The notes under the pieces: model-generated
Database searches by the model: none
What the model was told of the DNA's origin: nothing
What the model saw: only the letters and a program-made list of their open reading frames with translations
Made by a program: the position numbers and the translations under genes
Part shown: piece by piece, positions 48,801 to 58,884 of the stretch
Position numbering within the stretch: the first letter of the stretch is position 1
Layout: each line of letters starts with the position of its first letter
Origin: a virus
Taxonomy: Duplodnaviria; Caudoviricetes
DNA: 64,000 nt
Virus record (IMG/VR): IMGVR_UViG_3300008262_000001
Strand: one strand, 5' to 3'

Positions 48801-51428
48801 GTTGGAACCTGTAATTCCACTTGTAACGTTTCCTCTTGAGGAAATCGTGGGATAAATGTTGGCCTCTGCACCAGTAGAAGATGTTACCAGTGTGTAAGCT
48901 GTTTCGTCTACGACCCCCTCAAAGAAATCTGGTCCTGTAATGTTGTTTCCGTCATACGTGATAACTGCTCCAGACGATACAAAATAAGTCTTACCATTAA
49001 CTATTTGTGTTTCTCCTTCCGGTTGCACATCTAAATACTTGTAGTACTCCTTAGTTGGTGTATATCCATATTGACTTTGCCAGAAGTCCATATCAAGTTC
49101 TCTAAGACCGTAGAATGAAAAGATTCCAAGTGGAATTCTATATGGGTTAAAAGTGGAAATTCTGTTAATAGATCCAAGAGATACTTTTGAAGTAAAATCT
49201 TCAACTTCAATAGTAGCATGTGTTTCAAAATCTTTTAAACCTAAAATTTCACCTCCAGAATCTTTAGCATACTGGTCAACAAATCTGAACTTGCCGACAA
49301 CTACTGAAGCTCCCTTGTTTGAATATTCTGGAAATCCTTTATACGTATCAGTTGAAGTGTTCTTAACTGTATCTAGGAAAGTTGTTCCTACCTCTATTTT
49401 GTTGGCATCTTCAAGCAGTACTTTAACCCTTGTATTTGAATAGTTAGATCCTCCTACAAAAGATTGCTTTTGATTTATATCGCAAGCATCAATATCATTA
49501 ATGAATAATATTCCTCTTCTAGAATCCGGCATTCTAGTTTGTGTGGAAAAATTCTGGAAGAAATCCAGATAATACTTATTATTTTCTTGAGCACCTGTTG
49601 CTCTTGTCCTGATTACGAGTTCGTCACCAGATTGGAAAGCTTCAAATGAATTGTAGGTGAAAGAATTAAAAATTCCGGTTAAGGCACTAATAATATCTTC
49701 TGGCGTTCCGAATGGATGAAAATAATAAGCGTTGTCCTGTGCATAATAGCTTCCTGGTCCCCATTCATCAATAACAGAGGACATATCAGAAGCACTAATA
49801 ATGTCGTATTTTGCACCAGGGGTTCCATAAAATCCTAAAGGATTATAGAATATAAAACTATCTTGATTAGTGTTGGTAAGCTCATCGGTTAATCTAATTA
49901 CCTGATAAGCTCTTCCCTTCTCACCAGTCGAAGTTGCTCCGTATTGCTTTTTTGTCGTGACATCACTTCCGGTCAGAACTGAAAGGTCCAATGAGATATT
50001 CTGAAGAACTAATTGATTTTCAGATCCCGAAAGACCGTATCTATATTTTTCTAATCCAGGTGAAGTATCATAGGTATCAGATCTCTTTAGAGATAAGAAA
50101 TCTCCATTTTTGTCCTGAATCCAGAAAACCTTATTAAATTCATTGACATTAACATCCGTTGAATCTGGAATTATTCCCTCTATTTTTTCTGAATCAATGA
50201 AAATTCTAACACCATCATTATTGTATTGGTAATAAGGAAAATCTTGGTAATAATACCCTTTGTCATTTCTTTGAGGAACAGGAGTGTTTCCAGATTGTCC
50301 TTGATCAAGATATAGAGCATTTCCGTCCAACTGGAATGAAGCCATTTCTGCTGCATTCACATAAAGTCCAAAATATCTATTAATTGTGTAGTTTTCAGAA
50401 TCTTTGTCATCGAATAAAAATTCAAGATTAAGCAGTTTATAACTAATAATCCCATTTCTTCTGAATCCATCTGTCATAGATTCTTCGAATCCTATCTGTG
50501 AACTGGGATCTGAAAAGAAATCTAATAAATAATCCCCTTTCTTATCAAAGACACCAACTGAATAGTTAACACCATTATAGGTTGTAAGCTGATTCTCTTC
50601 AAATCTAACGTCTATAAGGGAATCAGTAAAACCTGGCGTTTGTTTAATTTTTCTAAGATATTTTCCTATCTTAGAAGATTCTCCCATATCATAAGTTGCA
50701 ACAACTGTGGATTTAGGAAGAATTTTTTCTGTAAAGTGTGATGCAGTGTTCTCAACATTATTAAGATTGTACAAGGGATCAAGAAGAATAACACTTCCTT
50801 GTCCTTGCAGTACAGTAAAAAATGGACTAATCTGTCCAGTTAAAATGTTTCCATCAGTATAATTCTGTCCAAGATATTGAACAATGAAAGGCAAGTAACC
50901 TGGAGAGTCCACATCTACTGATGGATCTTCAAGAATTTTATAATTTTTACCAGCTTCTAAAGCAGAAACTGGAACCTGATATGGATAATCAATAGGATCA
51001 TTAACTTTGAAAATAACAAAGTAATCGGGAATATCTTCGCCAAGCCAAAAAGGAGCTAAATATGAGAAATCCTCAGGATAACGATCAGAAACTAATGGAG
51101 TAACACCTGCACTGTATGTGAAATTATATTGGCCAGAAAGGTTTTCGATCTGGTTTTGTACAGGGGTTCCTTCACCGGAAAGTCCAAAAACAAATTGCGA
51201 AGGCGTTTGTCCGTTATCAAAGAATGTGTAAAGATCACGATCAAACGATGACTCGGGAGAAATTCTAAAAGCTTTATATGCTCGATTAGACATTTCCGCA
51301 TTAGAATCTATAGAATTAAGCCAAATATCATCTTTTGAATCAACAGTGATTTTAACATTACCACTGATTCTTGGGTTAGCTCTTAAAACTCCAAAAGAAG
51401 CCGTCTGTTTGATTATTTTCCTTGCCAC
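45807..51428 (-). CDS. Very large putative virion (baseplate/tail) protein
   Basis: 1873 aa, beta-rich, in the structural cluster. Confidence 0.6.
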   Translation of the reverse strand: MARKIIKQTASFGVLRANPRISGNVKITVDSKDDIWLNSIDSNAEMSNRAYKAFRISPESSFDRDLYTFFDNGQTPSQFVFGLSGEGTPVQNQIENLSGQYNFTYSAGVTPLVSDRYPEDFSYLAPFWLGEDIPDYFVIFKVNDPIDYPYQVPVSALEAGKNYKILEDPSVDVDSPGYLPFIVQYLGQNYTDGNILTGQISPFFTVLQGQGSVILLDPLYNLNNVENTASHFTEKILPKSTVVATYDMGESSKIGKYLRKIKQTPGFTDSLIDVRFEENQLTTYNGVNYSVGVFDKKGDYLLDFFSDPSSQIGFEESMTDGFRRNGIISYKLLNLEFLFDDKDSENYTINRYFGLYVNAAEMASFQLDGNALYLDQGQSGNTPVPQRNDKGYYYQDFPYYQYNNDGVRIFIDSEKIEGIIPDSTDVNVNEFNKVFWIQDKNGDFLSLKRSDTYDTSPGLEKYRYGLSGSENQLVLQNISLDLSVLTGSDVTTKKQYGATSTGEKGRAYQVIRLTDELTNTNQDSFIFYNPLGFYGTPGAKYDIISASDMSSVIDEWGPGSYYAQDNAYYFHPFGTPEDIISALTGIFNSFTYNSFEAFQSGDELVIRTRATGAQENNKYYLDFFQNFSTQTRMPDSRRGILFINDIDACDINQKQSFVGGSNYSNTRVKVLLEDANKIEVGTTFLDTVKNTSTDTYKGFPEYSNKGASVVVGKFRFVDQYAKDSGGEILGLKDFETHATIEVEDFTSKVSLGSINRISTFNPYRIPLGIFSFYGLRELDMDFWQSQYGYTPTKEYYKYLDVQPEGETQIVNGKTYFVSSGAVITYDGNNITGPDFFEGVVDETAYTLVTSSTGAEANIYPTISSRGNVTSGITGSNFDTAYYPDLDAFPGFYGVQALKFVNDEVGSQTKLAQLNFGKLSSEYDYTQDNYNPDFATISRVSPYITKWSYKRGTDVRGNPYSLNANIAFSPLNFSPSFFRNSQDPQYFTHEWYQLQKPPYSIPEETLKEDKNYLADELDQAKLINANPSLRDYFLDYFSIEGEDLLQYYVDSTTIENINLSERYSVFDFNSANGFSETLFRGAKVRIKRTFTNFGQQESIKYLTDDRFYDEYKFSCVIVPVENIEDEIQPPIKIKVIENRTFKNITFVIELLIDDVRVYDFEPTIVSPPQQYLDLDYFLLYSLKDKLERQEGPVSSPPTWLPGGTIELPAVGDIKLSSALNVTSTANAAGVVSVVNSGTPGDDGTVYIIPNPEYESDLREEINFTYPISTVPGPTSSTGPGSFYGVIGTTAGGPSGQYTLPFPTGVGEGFINFTNTQTDYIFDFADVGAPGPTDIPSIVSYDQALAIPIYQREGGIGYWENILAKISFANISLLVNTESPYIEYKTYIWNSTTKATEVLNNQFVVEFLKPSAFEQNSIVVATEDLDKPQELDVFNVGYVLNEIPGESELYRYSGEYIPTFREVLGFENVKFDLPYWTIPSVYTFDVKVVTKPESSSNYELGSTLCYSIDGIIENKITLIKGVTYQFDLSDPSNTGYQIYFSTSNRGNGLTTDALTQGYTLVGTPGSSGSYVELEVPYDFPSSVYYVAQGGKYMGQKINLVDAIEYSYCSFGPNKNNFGVSKNVNYYKYATEWIFRISIDSPYDPVYNLIGETPIDKRNLSIFESSWDPGFYRQYTDPTTFESLPGTKSMLEEKSFFGSKVMQTPDSINSQKQLVYPSSLTNVLELNYDNYPDYEILWEETSTEIRGILLMDRMLIRYFLNDGAKQTFQEFIVPEFGFGTESDINDDFIEYMELNIVPIFQSQNNGTYLKKIPLADPLDLVSVVGDYADYQKLSNGYLPSQEVKYTKVNELRYEFRLPKDPSFDYSIAFSIQIAKI

Positions 51429-51444
51429 AATCTGTAACTAGTTA

Positions 51445-54400
51445 TTATTTATTTGTGATAACATTTTGTGAGTAAGCTGGAGAAACCAAGGATGTCTTAG
51501 TGTAGCTTCCAGAAACTAAAACGTCAAAGGAAAAAAGATCCTCGTTCTTTACTTGAATATCTATACCTATCTTTTTGGTATAAGTGATATTCTTAAGGTT
51601 ACCAGCAGATCTCCAACCTCCAATATATCCTAATTTGTCCTGTGCTCTAAGTTGGAATATAATTGGAACTGTAATCGCGTTTTCTTGTCCAAATTCGAGT
51701 GTCTTTTTTGCTAACTGTGTTGAACCTTCAACTTGTACTGCCGTGTGATCTGTAGGAGCTAAAAATAAATAAGCTCCACATGAGAACTTACCACATAAGT
51801 ATTCATCAAATTCTACAAATCCTAGCTTATTAGGATAAGAATTATCATCGGTTCCGAATGTTGATCCCGAGTTAGCTCCATAAAATTCCAATTGCTGAAT
51901 TGAAAGATTTTGAGGATTTGCAGTGTCGTATCCAACTGGTTCAGAAGTGATGTTTGTATCAACTTCAAATCCTAAAGCATGTCTAAATGCTGGATATATC
52001 ATTGGACCAGAAGAAGTAACAGAGGGTCTTTCTAAATCAGTAAAACTTAGGGCAGATCCATCATTGATTTGAGGGTGAGAAATATGAATACAGAATTCAT
52101 TTAAGTTTCCTCCCCCTACTGGTGTTGTTCCAGAATAGGTTCCGCTCCAAACTCCTGAGTTTGCTCCCGCACCACCGACTGCTGTTGTATCAGGATCAAA
52201 AGGCATTAGTATACCATAGTTGTTGATCGGATAATTCGCACCTCCAGAAGATGACCCGTTTGAAATAGTCCAGCCTAAAGTTGTACTAGGGGTAAAATAA
52301 AGATTCTGGTCTAGGCCTACACTCTTATACCTTGGATAAATGAATTGCGAATAAGCATTTCCACTTTGGTATCCAAGAGCTTGAATGAAATCACCGGGTG
52401 TTGTGGTATCAACTTGTGAAGCAACCACACCGGATAATTGTACAGGGGTTTCTCCATATTTTCTATTAGTATCATAATCACTACTAACTGCAAATGGGGG
52501 TGGTGAGATAGCAGAGTTAGGCGCTTTAACACCCTGACCTCCAGGAATTAATGAAGTTAGTTCAAGAGGAGTAGCTGCTTCATTTCTTAATTCAACATAA
52601 TAAGTAACAGTGGCTATCTTACCCTTATTATTCGGATTAGAAAGGTCTATAAGCTCATTATAATAACCTGCGAAGAAGTTAACAGTGCTTCCTGGTTTAA
52701 TCTTCGTAGAAGTGTTCCCATTTGTGATATAAACTCCAAGAGTTCCTTTTGCTTTAGCAATTAACGATCTTAAGTTCTGGAGTTCATTGTCTATTTGAGT
52801 AAGCTTCTGGAATAAATCTATTGCCACTCCATTTGGATCGAAAAATCCAGAAGAAATTACTGTTGAATTGTGAGCATAGTACTTATCACCGGATGTAAAT
52901 GAAGTAGACAAGTGTTGGTCTAAACCTTTTGCTTGTAAATCAGCTTGAACCTGAACCAAAGTTTGGTCACTTACATTCTGCTCAATAAATGGAGAGTTAT
53001 CAATCTGTACAGCAAGATCTGGTGGAAACTCAACCACTATTGAGGTTGACCAATCAGACGTTAAAGGATTAGTTGGCCAGCCTGCTTCAGAAATTGCTTG
53101 AACCTGTATTTCTACTTTTTCGCCTTTTGAGATTGCAACGTCCAATTGGTTGATGTTTACTGTGTTGGCATCGCTAACATCTTCAAGCTTCCACACATAT
53201 GTACCTCTTTTTTGGTCATAAACTTTCTTTCTAAGATCGCTCTTAGTTTGTGTCCAGTTCGAGAATTGACCAGGTTTGCTTACTCCATCATTGTCAACAA
53301 AGTCAATTTGAGTTGTACCGTTACTGTTTCCTGTAAGAGAAAGATATCGATATCTGATATTGAATTGAACTATGTTTTGTTCTCCTGTTTTAGGATCAGA
53401 AAGGGGTTCTGGAATTGGCCAAAAACCTCTAACTCTATATTTAGGAGCTTCCTTAAGCTCCGGAGTTGTAGTGGTTAAATTATTTAAGTCAGTTATTGTT
53501 GTGGCTAAGAGATCAGTTTTTGTTGCCTTTTCTTTAGTTAAAGTTGATATTTTGTCGCTCAACTTTTTGAATTCAGCAGTTGGTGCTTTCTTAGTGGCAG
53601 TTGTTGTAAGATCTGAAATCTGTTTTCTTGTTTGATCTATTGCTTTGTCAATAGAAGAGATTTCATTTTTTAAAGAGGTTTTTACCTGTACTTTCTCTTT
53701 GAAAAGTTTATTTTCTTTAGAGTCTGTGATCTGTGTATTAACCTGTACAACTTTGAAATTTTCCTGTGCAACAACAGGTGCAGCAGGAGATAATCCAAAA
53801 ACTGCAGGAATCGTTTTTTCTTTTGCAGCTGCTATGAATGTTTGTCCAAAATCAGAAACTTGGGAATTGTAAAATTCTGCTAAAGTCTTCACACCATCGC
53901 TGGTATTGATCTGAAGCTCATTTGACCAAAATGTGATACCAGGACTGTAAGTGCTTGAAGCTACATTGAAGTCACCATCAATCGATTTGAGAAAAATAGC
54001 CTGTCTTTCATCAAATCCAACATTTACTTCCACTCTTCTGTTTGATAAGACATTCGATGAAATAGCAAGTGAATCATTTCCAATTCTAATCGGTTCAAAT
54101 CCAAATAGTCTTCTTAATACAACTGTCGAATCTGAGTTATCAATCGAGGTAATCTCGTATTTGGTACCACCTGTTGTGATAAGTTGATCACCTTTTGTAA
54201 GGGTTCTCGAATCTGTAGTTGTTGAAAGAGTATCTGTATATCTTAAAGTGGTAAGTTTATATTTCCTTACAGTATTAGTTGAAGTGACTCCGTTTTGTGT
54301 TGTTTGAGTTTCTTCATCAAATATTCTAAGTACACCGAATGAACCTTTGTATCTTAGCGTTCTTAATTCTAAGTCATTAACTTGTTCATCAACAAAATAT

Positions 54401-54978
54401 TGTATGCCTTGACCTTCTAGAGCTGCAATAAAATCTGCATCAGTAAGATCATTTCTGCCTTTAATGTTTGTGTCGAAGTATTGTCTTTGTATGTCAGTCT
54501 GAGTGTTTGCAATTATTCTTTTTAGCTGAACGCTTTCAGAATTGTCAGGAATTTGATTTTCAACATCAACTGTAATATAGAGTAAAGGATTTAAGAAAGA
54601 TTCAAAAAACCAATTATTTCTTGCTCTGAATGTTGCTGGAACTTGAAGACTAGTTGGTGAAGAAGGATCTTTTAAAACAGAAGCTTGATAAATTTTAGAA
54701 ACAGTACCATCAGATTTTCTAATATTTGCAGTGTTATCCTCAAGTCCTGAAAGAGCTAAAATATTCTGATCCAGTCTATTAATCTCAGATTTCAAAAATC
54801 CATAAGATGGAATTTGAATATTTTCTGAAGTGTTATCATCCTTCAGAAATTCAATCTCTACTGAGTCATTAGGAGAAGTTGCAACATCGTTAAGCTTATT
54901 AATAATTTCCAGAGAATTTTTCTGTAATCTTAGAAATTGAGCTATTAAAGATGCAAACGAATTTTTGGTACTCGACAT
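51445..54978 (-). CDS. Large putative baseplate/tail protein with a central coiled coil
   Basis: 1177 aa; heptad region around residues 430-500; structural cluster. Confidence 0.6.
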   Translation of the reverse strand: MSSTKNSFASLIAQFLRLQKNSLEIINKLNDVATSPNDSVEIEFLKDDNTSENIQIPSYGFLKSEINRLDQNILALSGLEDNTANIRKSDGTVSKIYQASVLKDPSSPTSLQVPATFRARNNWFFESFLNPLLYITVDVENQIPDNSESVQLKRIIANTQTDIQRQYFDTNIKGRNDLTDADFIAALEGQGIQYFVDEQVNDLELRTLRYKGSFGVLRIFDEETQTTQNGVTSTNTVRKYKLTTLRYTDTLSTTTDSRTLTKGDQLITTGGTKYEITSIDNSDSTVVLRRLFGFEPIRIGNDSLAISSNVLSNRRVEVNVGFDERQAIFLKSIDGDFNVASSTYSPGITFWSNELQINTSDGVKTLAEFYNSQVSDFGQTFIAAAKEKTIPAVFGLSPAAPVVAQENFKVVQVNTQITDSKENKLFKEKVQVKTSLKNEISSIDKAIDQTRKQISDLTTTATKKAPTAEFKKLSDKISTLTKEKATKTDLLATTITDLNNLTTTTPELKEAPKYRVRGFWPIPEPLSDPKTGEQNIVQFNIRYRYLSLTGNSNGTTQIDFVDNDGVSKPGQFSNWTQTKSDLRKKVYDQKRGTYVWKLEDVSDANTVNINQLDVAISKGEKVEIQVQAISEAGWPTNPLTSDWSTSIVVEFPPDLAVQIDNSPFIEQNVSDQTLVQVQADLQAKGLDQHLSTSFTSGDKYYAHNSTVISSGFFDPNGVAIDLFQKLTQIDNELQNLRSLIAKAKGTLGVYITNGNTSTKIKPGSTVNFFAGYYNELIDLSNPNNKGKIATVTYYVELRNEAATPLELTSLIPGGQGVKAPNSAISPPPFAVSSDYDTNRKYGETPVQLSGVVASQVDTTTPGDFIQALGYQSGNAYSQFIYPRYKSVGLDQNLYFTPSTTLGWTISNGSSSGGANYPINNYGILMPFDPDTTAVGGAGANSGVWSGTYSGTTPVGGGNLNEFCIHISHPQINDGSALSFTDLERPSVTSSGPMIYPAFRHALGFEVDTNITSEPVGYDTANPQNLSIQQLEFYGANSGSTFGTDDNSYPNKLGFVEFDEYLCGKFSCGAYLFLAPTDHTAVQVEGSTQLAKKTLEFGQENAITVPIIFQLRAQDKLGYIGGWRSAGNLKNITYTKKIGIDIQVKNEDLFSFDVLVSGSYTKTSLVSPAYSQNVITNK

Positions 54979-54983
54979 TTAAA

Positions 54984-57167
54984 TTATTTTATTTGATCAA
55001 CTTCGAATGTTAAATTCACATCGTCAGTACAAACTATATCAAAGATAGGCTTATAAGAAGAAGTACTGAATTGTGTATTTAAGAATCCTGCTACTACTAC
55101 AGAATAAGGAACTCCAGAAGGTGCATTTTTAGGATATTCTCCAAGAGCATCTGTTAATACTACTAAGGAATAATTTCCTAAATCAATCTCATCACTTATC
55201 ACCAATCTCATAACCTGTCCTTTTTTCCATTTGGTAATTGAGTCATCGATTTTGATAACTATATCATTGGTTGCAGTTATTGAAATTCCGTTATTCTTAT
55301 GCTTAAGATAATTTGTATAGATTTCTAATCCTACTGTGTTACCAGCTACAGGATTGATTGTAAATATGGAATTAGGTCCTATATTATAATCCTGTTGTGT
55401 GACATCAACTCTTAAGATATTAGGAATTGTTCTATCTACTTGCGTTCCCTTTCCATCTTTCAATAGATCCAAATTATAGGACATATTAATTGATGTTTGA
55501 TTTTGCAAAATGTCCTGAATATCATCGCTATTTTTCTCAATGAGGAATAAGATATCTTGAGTGTTCTCAAACAGTGCCTGATTTGCCTGTAATGAATTCT
55601 CAACAATAGTTAGTCTATTTTTTATTTCATTACTGTCATCAGTATTGATGATAAGGTCCTTTAAGGCAGCAACTTCATCTTGGAGATTCATGATCTCCAA
55701 AGTTCTGTCGTTCAAATTCTTGGCAGCATCCTGTAACACAGTTGCAGCATCCATGAATATAGAAAGAGAGAAAGAAGAGTAATCGTTAATTGCTTGTTCT
55801 ACACCAGTACTTTCAACATCAGTGTCAAACTTTAAATTGATCTTGAAACCATAGGAATTTCCATTGAGTTTGGTTATTGGATCAGGCTTGAACTTATTGA
55901 AACTTGGAAGTTTAGCAGCATTTCCAGAAACTGGCTCAGGATCATTAAAGAATAAGATTCCGTAAAGATTTGTTTCTGAATCGGTAGGATTATTAGGATC
56001 ATACACATCATAATAAATCAGTGCTGCATTAAATTCAAAAGAAACTGTACTTGGTGTTGAATTCCATTCTTCAATAGTTGTAATTCCAACGTAGTTTTGT
56101 ACTGCCTTGTAAGATGATGGTTCAAAATCAATTTGTACACCATCTAAGTTGCTTCTTTTGTAACTAACTGTAAATCCGCCTAAACCTGTAGCTGCTACAT
56201 ATTTTTCAAGTTCATAGTTTGAGGCATCGAAGAAAGAAGGATCACTGAAATAAGAATTAGCCTCATCTCTTGGAGAGTACCAATTCGAACTGAATGTACC
56301 TGTTGCTGATGTGCCACTTACTCCAGGTTCTCCTAAAACGTCCTGGTCGAAAATAGCTAATTTTGGTAGCCCGTTTGGACCATAAACTCCAGAAGCAGAA
56401 TCTCTTCCTTGAATATACTCTGTATCTAAAGGGTCAGAAGGATTGTGAGTCCATGTTCTATCCGGATAGTAATTTTCATCAGCTACGGTTTTGAAAAGAA
56501 CATAAGGAGTTGCACCATCACTAGTTGGAACGTGAATATAAACCTCAGAATATGCGTTTTCTGAATTTTGTACAGAATTTACAACGTCAATTTCTCCGAT
56601 ATATTGGACTAATCTTTCATATCTTGGAGTAGGAGTTCCATTACCAGTTAAATATGTGTCTTCTTCTACCCATCTTTTGTCTGAGTATGGAAAACCATTA
56701 ACTGTACTTGTTGTTACTTGGTCAAGAGTGGAAACCACTTCGTTTGAATTAGCTGCTCTATAACGGATTCCTCCTAATTCTTTTACCCATTTCCAAAAAA
56801 CTCTTTCCGAAACGTTTCTTTTTAACTCCGCATTATAATTTGCATCAGAAATAACAGTGCTTTCTAAATTCAAACAATAGTTTTGGAAAGAAATTTCTGC
56901 AGACGGACTTAAATTATTCGGGTTTGACAGAATAAAATCTCCATAAGCAGCATCTAAGAATGTCGTATCAATAGCATCGAACTGAAACGAGTTTTCCCCA
57001 TAAGTTGGACTTCCGAATTCAGGAAGTTTAAGAAGAGCATATTTTGAGAACTTAAATTTCTTTAATGAATTATTAAAGGTAAGTGATAAATCCTCTGCAG
57101 CAGAAGAGAAGGTATAAAATGTACCTCCCTGAACTGATATGGGTCTTATAAAAGGGGTTTTTGCCAT
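54984..57167 (-). CDS. Putative virion structural protein
   Basis: 727 aa with a coiled-coil segment near the C-terminus. Confidence 0.6.
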   Translation of the reverse strand: MAKTPFIRPISVQGGTFYTFSSAAEDLSLTFNNSLKKFKFSKYALLKLPEFGSPTYGENSFQFDAIDTTFLDAAYGDFILSNPNNLSPSAEISFQNYCLNLESTVISDANYNAELKRNVSERVFWKWVKELGGIRYRAANSNEVVSTLDQVTTSTVNGFPYSDKRWVEEDTYLTGNGTPTPRYERLVQYIGEIDVVNSVQNSENAYSEVYIHVPTSDGATPYVLFKTVADENYYPDRTWTHNPSDPLDTEYIQGRDSASGVYGPNGLPKLAIFDQDVLGEPGVSGTSATGTFSSNWYSPRDEANSYFSDPSFFDASNYELEKYVAATGLGGFTVSYKRSNLDGVQIDFEPSSYKAVQNYVGITTIEEWNSTPSTVSFEFNAALIYYDVYDPNNPTDSETNLYGILFFNDPEPVSGNAAKLPSFNKFKPDPITKLNGNSYGFKINLKFDTDVESTGVEQAINDYSSFSLSIFMDAATVLQDAAKNLNDRTLEIMNLQDEVAALKDLIINTDDSNEIKNRLTIVENSLQANQALFENTQDILFLIEKNSDDIQDILQNQTSINMSYNLDLLKDGKGTQVDRTIPNILRVDVTQQDYNIGPNSIFTINPVAGNTVGLEIYTNYLKHKNNGISITATNDIVIKIDDSITKWKKGQVMRLVISDEIDLGNYSLVVLTDALGEYPKNAPSGVPYSVVVAGFLNTQFSTSSYKPIFDIVCTDDVNLTFEVDQIK

Positions 57168-57180
57168 TAAATGCTATTAA

Positions 57181-58098
57181 TTAGAAGTTCCAGTTTGATG
57201 TGGCTGATAGAACGACCCATGATCCCTTTTCAGAGGCATCAGATTGAGCTATTCTAGGTTCCCACATGAGGGTAAGTGCAGATTTGTACTGATTTGCAGT
57301 GGTTGTGAATTCTGGCGATGTATATTGTCCATCAGCAGTATTGAATCCAGTATAGTATTGTAAACCTGGTCCAGTAACTCCAGTTGCTATTGAGCCACTT
57401 GAGGTTGCTGTGTCTATTAAAGTAACAGTAAATCCTGCAGGAATATCGGAAGCTGTAGCTCCTGATCCTGTTGTTGCATAAAAGAAAAATCCAGTGGTAA
57501 ATCCTGCATCACCCGGTGCAGATGAAACATAATCGGATTGAATATAAATCACATTTTCAGTCAATGTTAACTGATAAGGATTTGAGTATGTTCCTGTTAC
57601 GCCTGCTCCGGGAGCAGCTGGGAATACTGTTGTAGATCCAACTGAAGCTTTTCTGTTTGTGTTTACTACGCTACCAGAAGCTCCGAAAGTTAGTGCTCCG
57701 TCCATAATTGCTTTTGCCTGGAAGGTAGCAGTTGCACCAAACGTAGCAGAACCTGTTGCTGAAAAGGCATTCGATTGAAGCACATTTGAGAAAATACCAG
57801 TGGCACCAGCAATCGTATTAGAAGCTACCATAAAACCAGCACTTGCTCCAGTTCCATAAATTTGAATAGTTGGAGATCCTGCTGAAGGCATGACCATACT
57901 ATTGGAAAGGAAGGACTTAGCCTTGATTTGACCGCTGGAAGCTGAAGAAACGTCTATCGATCCAGTTAAAACATTAATGTTAAAAGTGTCTTCTAAATCA
58001 TTATAAGCGTTCTCTAATAGTAAAAAATTAGCATTAATTGTAAGTCTTGAACCCGAAATAGAATCGGTTCCAAGGATTTCATTGATTGTTACTGCCAT
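57181..58098 (-). CDS. Short fibre/baseplate-associated protein
   Basis: N-terminus I.EILGTD...TINANF resembles that of the 976-aa fibre; Gly/Ala/Thr-rich. Confidence 0.6.
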   Translation of the reverse strand: MAVTINEILGTDSISGSRLTINANFLLLENAYNDLEDTFNINVLTGSIDVSSASSGQIKAKSFLSNSMVMPSAGSPTIQIYGTGASAGFMVASNTIAGATGIFSNVLQSNAFSATGSATFGATATFQAKAIMDGALTFGASGSVVNTNRKASVGSTTVFPAAPGAGVTGTYSNPYQLTLTENVIYIQSDYVSSAPGDAGFTTGFFFYATTGSGATASDIPAGFTVTLIDTATSSGSIATGVTGPGLQYYTGFNTADGQYTSPEFTTTANQYKSALTLMWEPRIAQSDASEKGSWVVLSATSNWNF

Positions 58099-58115
58099 TT
58101 GGGATTTCTTTTTTT

Positions 58116-58125
58116 GATATATATC
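58116..58125. promoter_or_regulatory. Palindromic GATATATATC between divergent genes
   Basis: Perfect palindrome carrying the GATATATA motif on both strands. Confidence 0.5.
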
Positions 58126-58173
58126 CTGTACTAATCAAGATAGGAAAAGACAGGCATTTTATTAAACAGCAAA

Positions 58174-58884
58174 ATGCTAAGTAGTTTCTTAGAAAAAAAG
58201 AGTTTCTTTATGACAACTGAAAACAACTGGACCCAGAAAAGAAAACCTAAAAATCCTATTAAATTCAAGATCACTCTAAACGACGAACAGAAAGAAGCAA
58301 AAAGAATTATTCTAGAAAATCCTGTAAATGTTCTTAAGGGAGCAGCAGGATCTGGTAAGACACTTTTGGCTGTTCAGATAGCTTTAGACTTGTTATTTAC
58401 TAGAGAGGTAGAAAGAATTGTAATCACCAGACCAACTGTAGCCAAGGAGGATATAGGTTTTTTGCCCGGCGATTTAAAGGAAAAAATGGATCCGTGGTTG
58501 GCTCCAATTTATTCAAATTTAGAGATGCTATACGAAAAGGAGAAAATCCAAAAACTCCTAGCTGAAGGGATAATTGAAATATTGCCATTTCCTTTCATGA
58601 GAGGTAGAACCCTTGTTAATTCATGTGTGGTAGTTGATGAAGCACAAAACGTCACAATGAACCAGATGGAAATGGTTCTAGGTAGATTAGGAGTCGGTTC
58701 TAAGATCATGATTTGTGGGGACACTTCTCAGATAGATCTTAAAAACAAGAAGGAATCGGGATTAGATTTCATGAACACCATCTCTGCAAGAGTAGAAGGA
58801 GTTAAGGTTATTTCACTCAAGCAAAACCATAGACATCCAATCGTTCCTTCTATCTTAGACGTTTACAGGGAGTATACAGTTTAA
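58174..58884 (+). CDS. phoH: PhoH-family ATPase (likely start MTTENN at 58210)
   Basis: GAAGSGKT, ITRP, GFLPG, MRGRT, VDEAQN, GD.SQID, RHP. Confidence 0.95.
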   Translation: MLSSFLEKKSFFMTTENNWTQKRKPKNPIKFKITLNDEQKEAKRIILENPVNVLKGAAGSGKTLLAVQIALDLLFTREVERIVITRPTVAKEDIGFLPGDLKEKMDPWLAPIYSNLEMLYEKEKIQKLLAEGIIEILPFPFMRGRTLVNSCVVVDEAQNVTMNQMEMVLGRLGVGSKIMICGDTSQIDLKNKKESGLDFMNTISARVEGVKVISLKQNHRHPIVPSILDVYREYTV

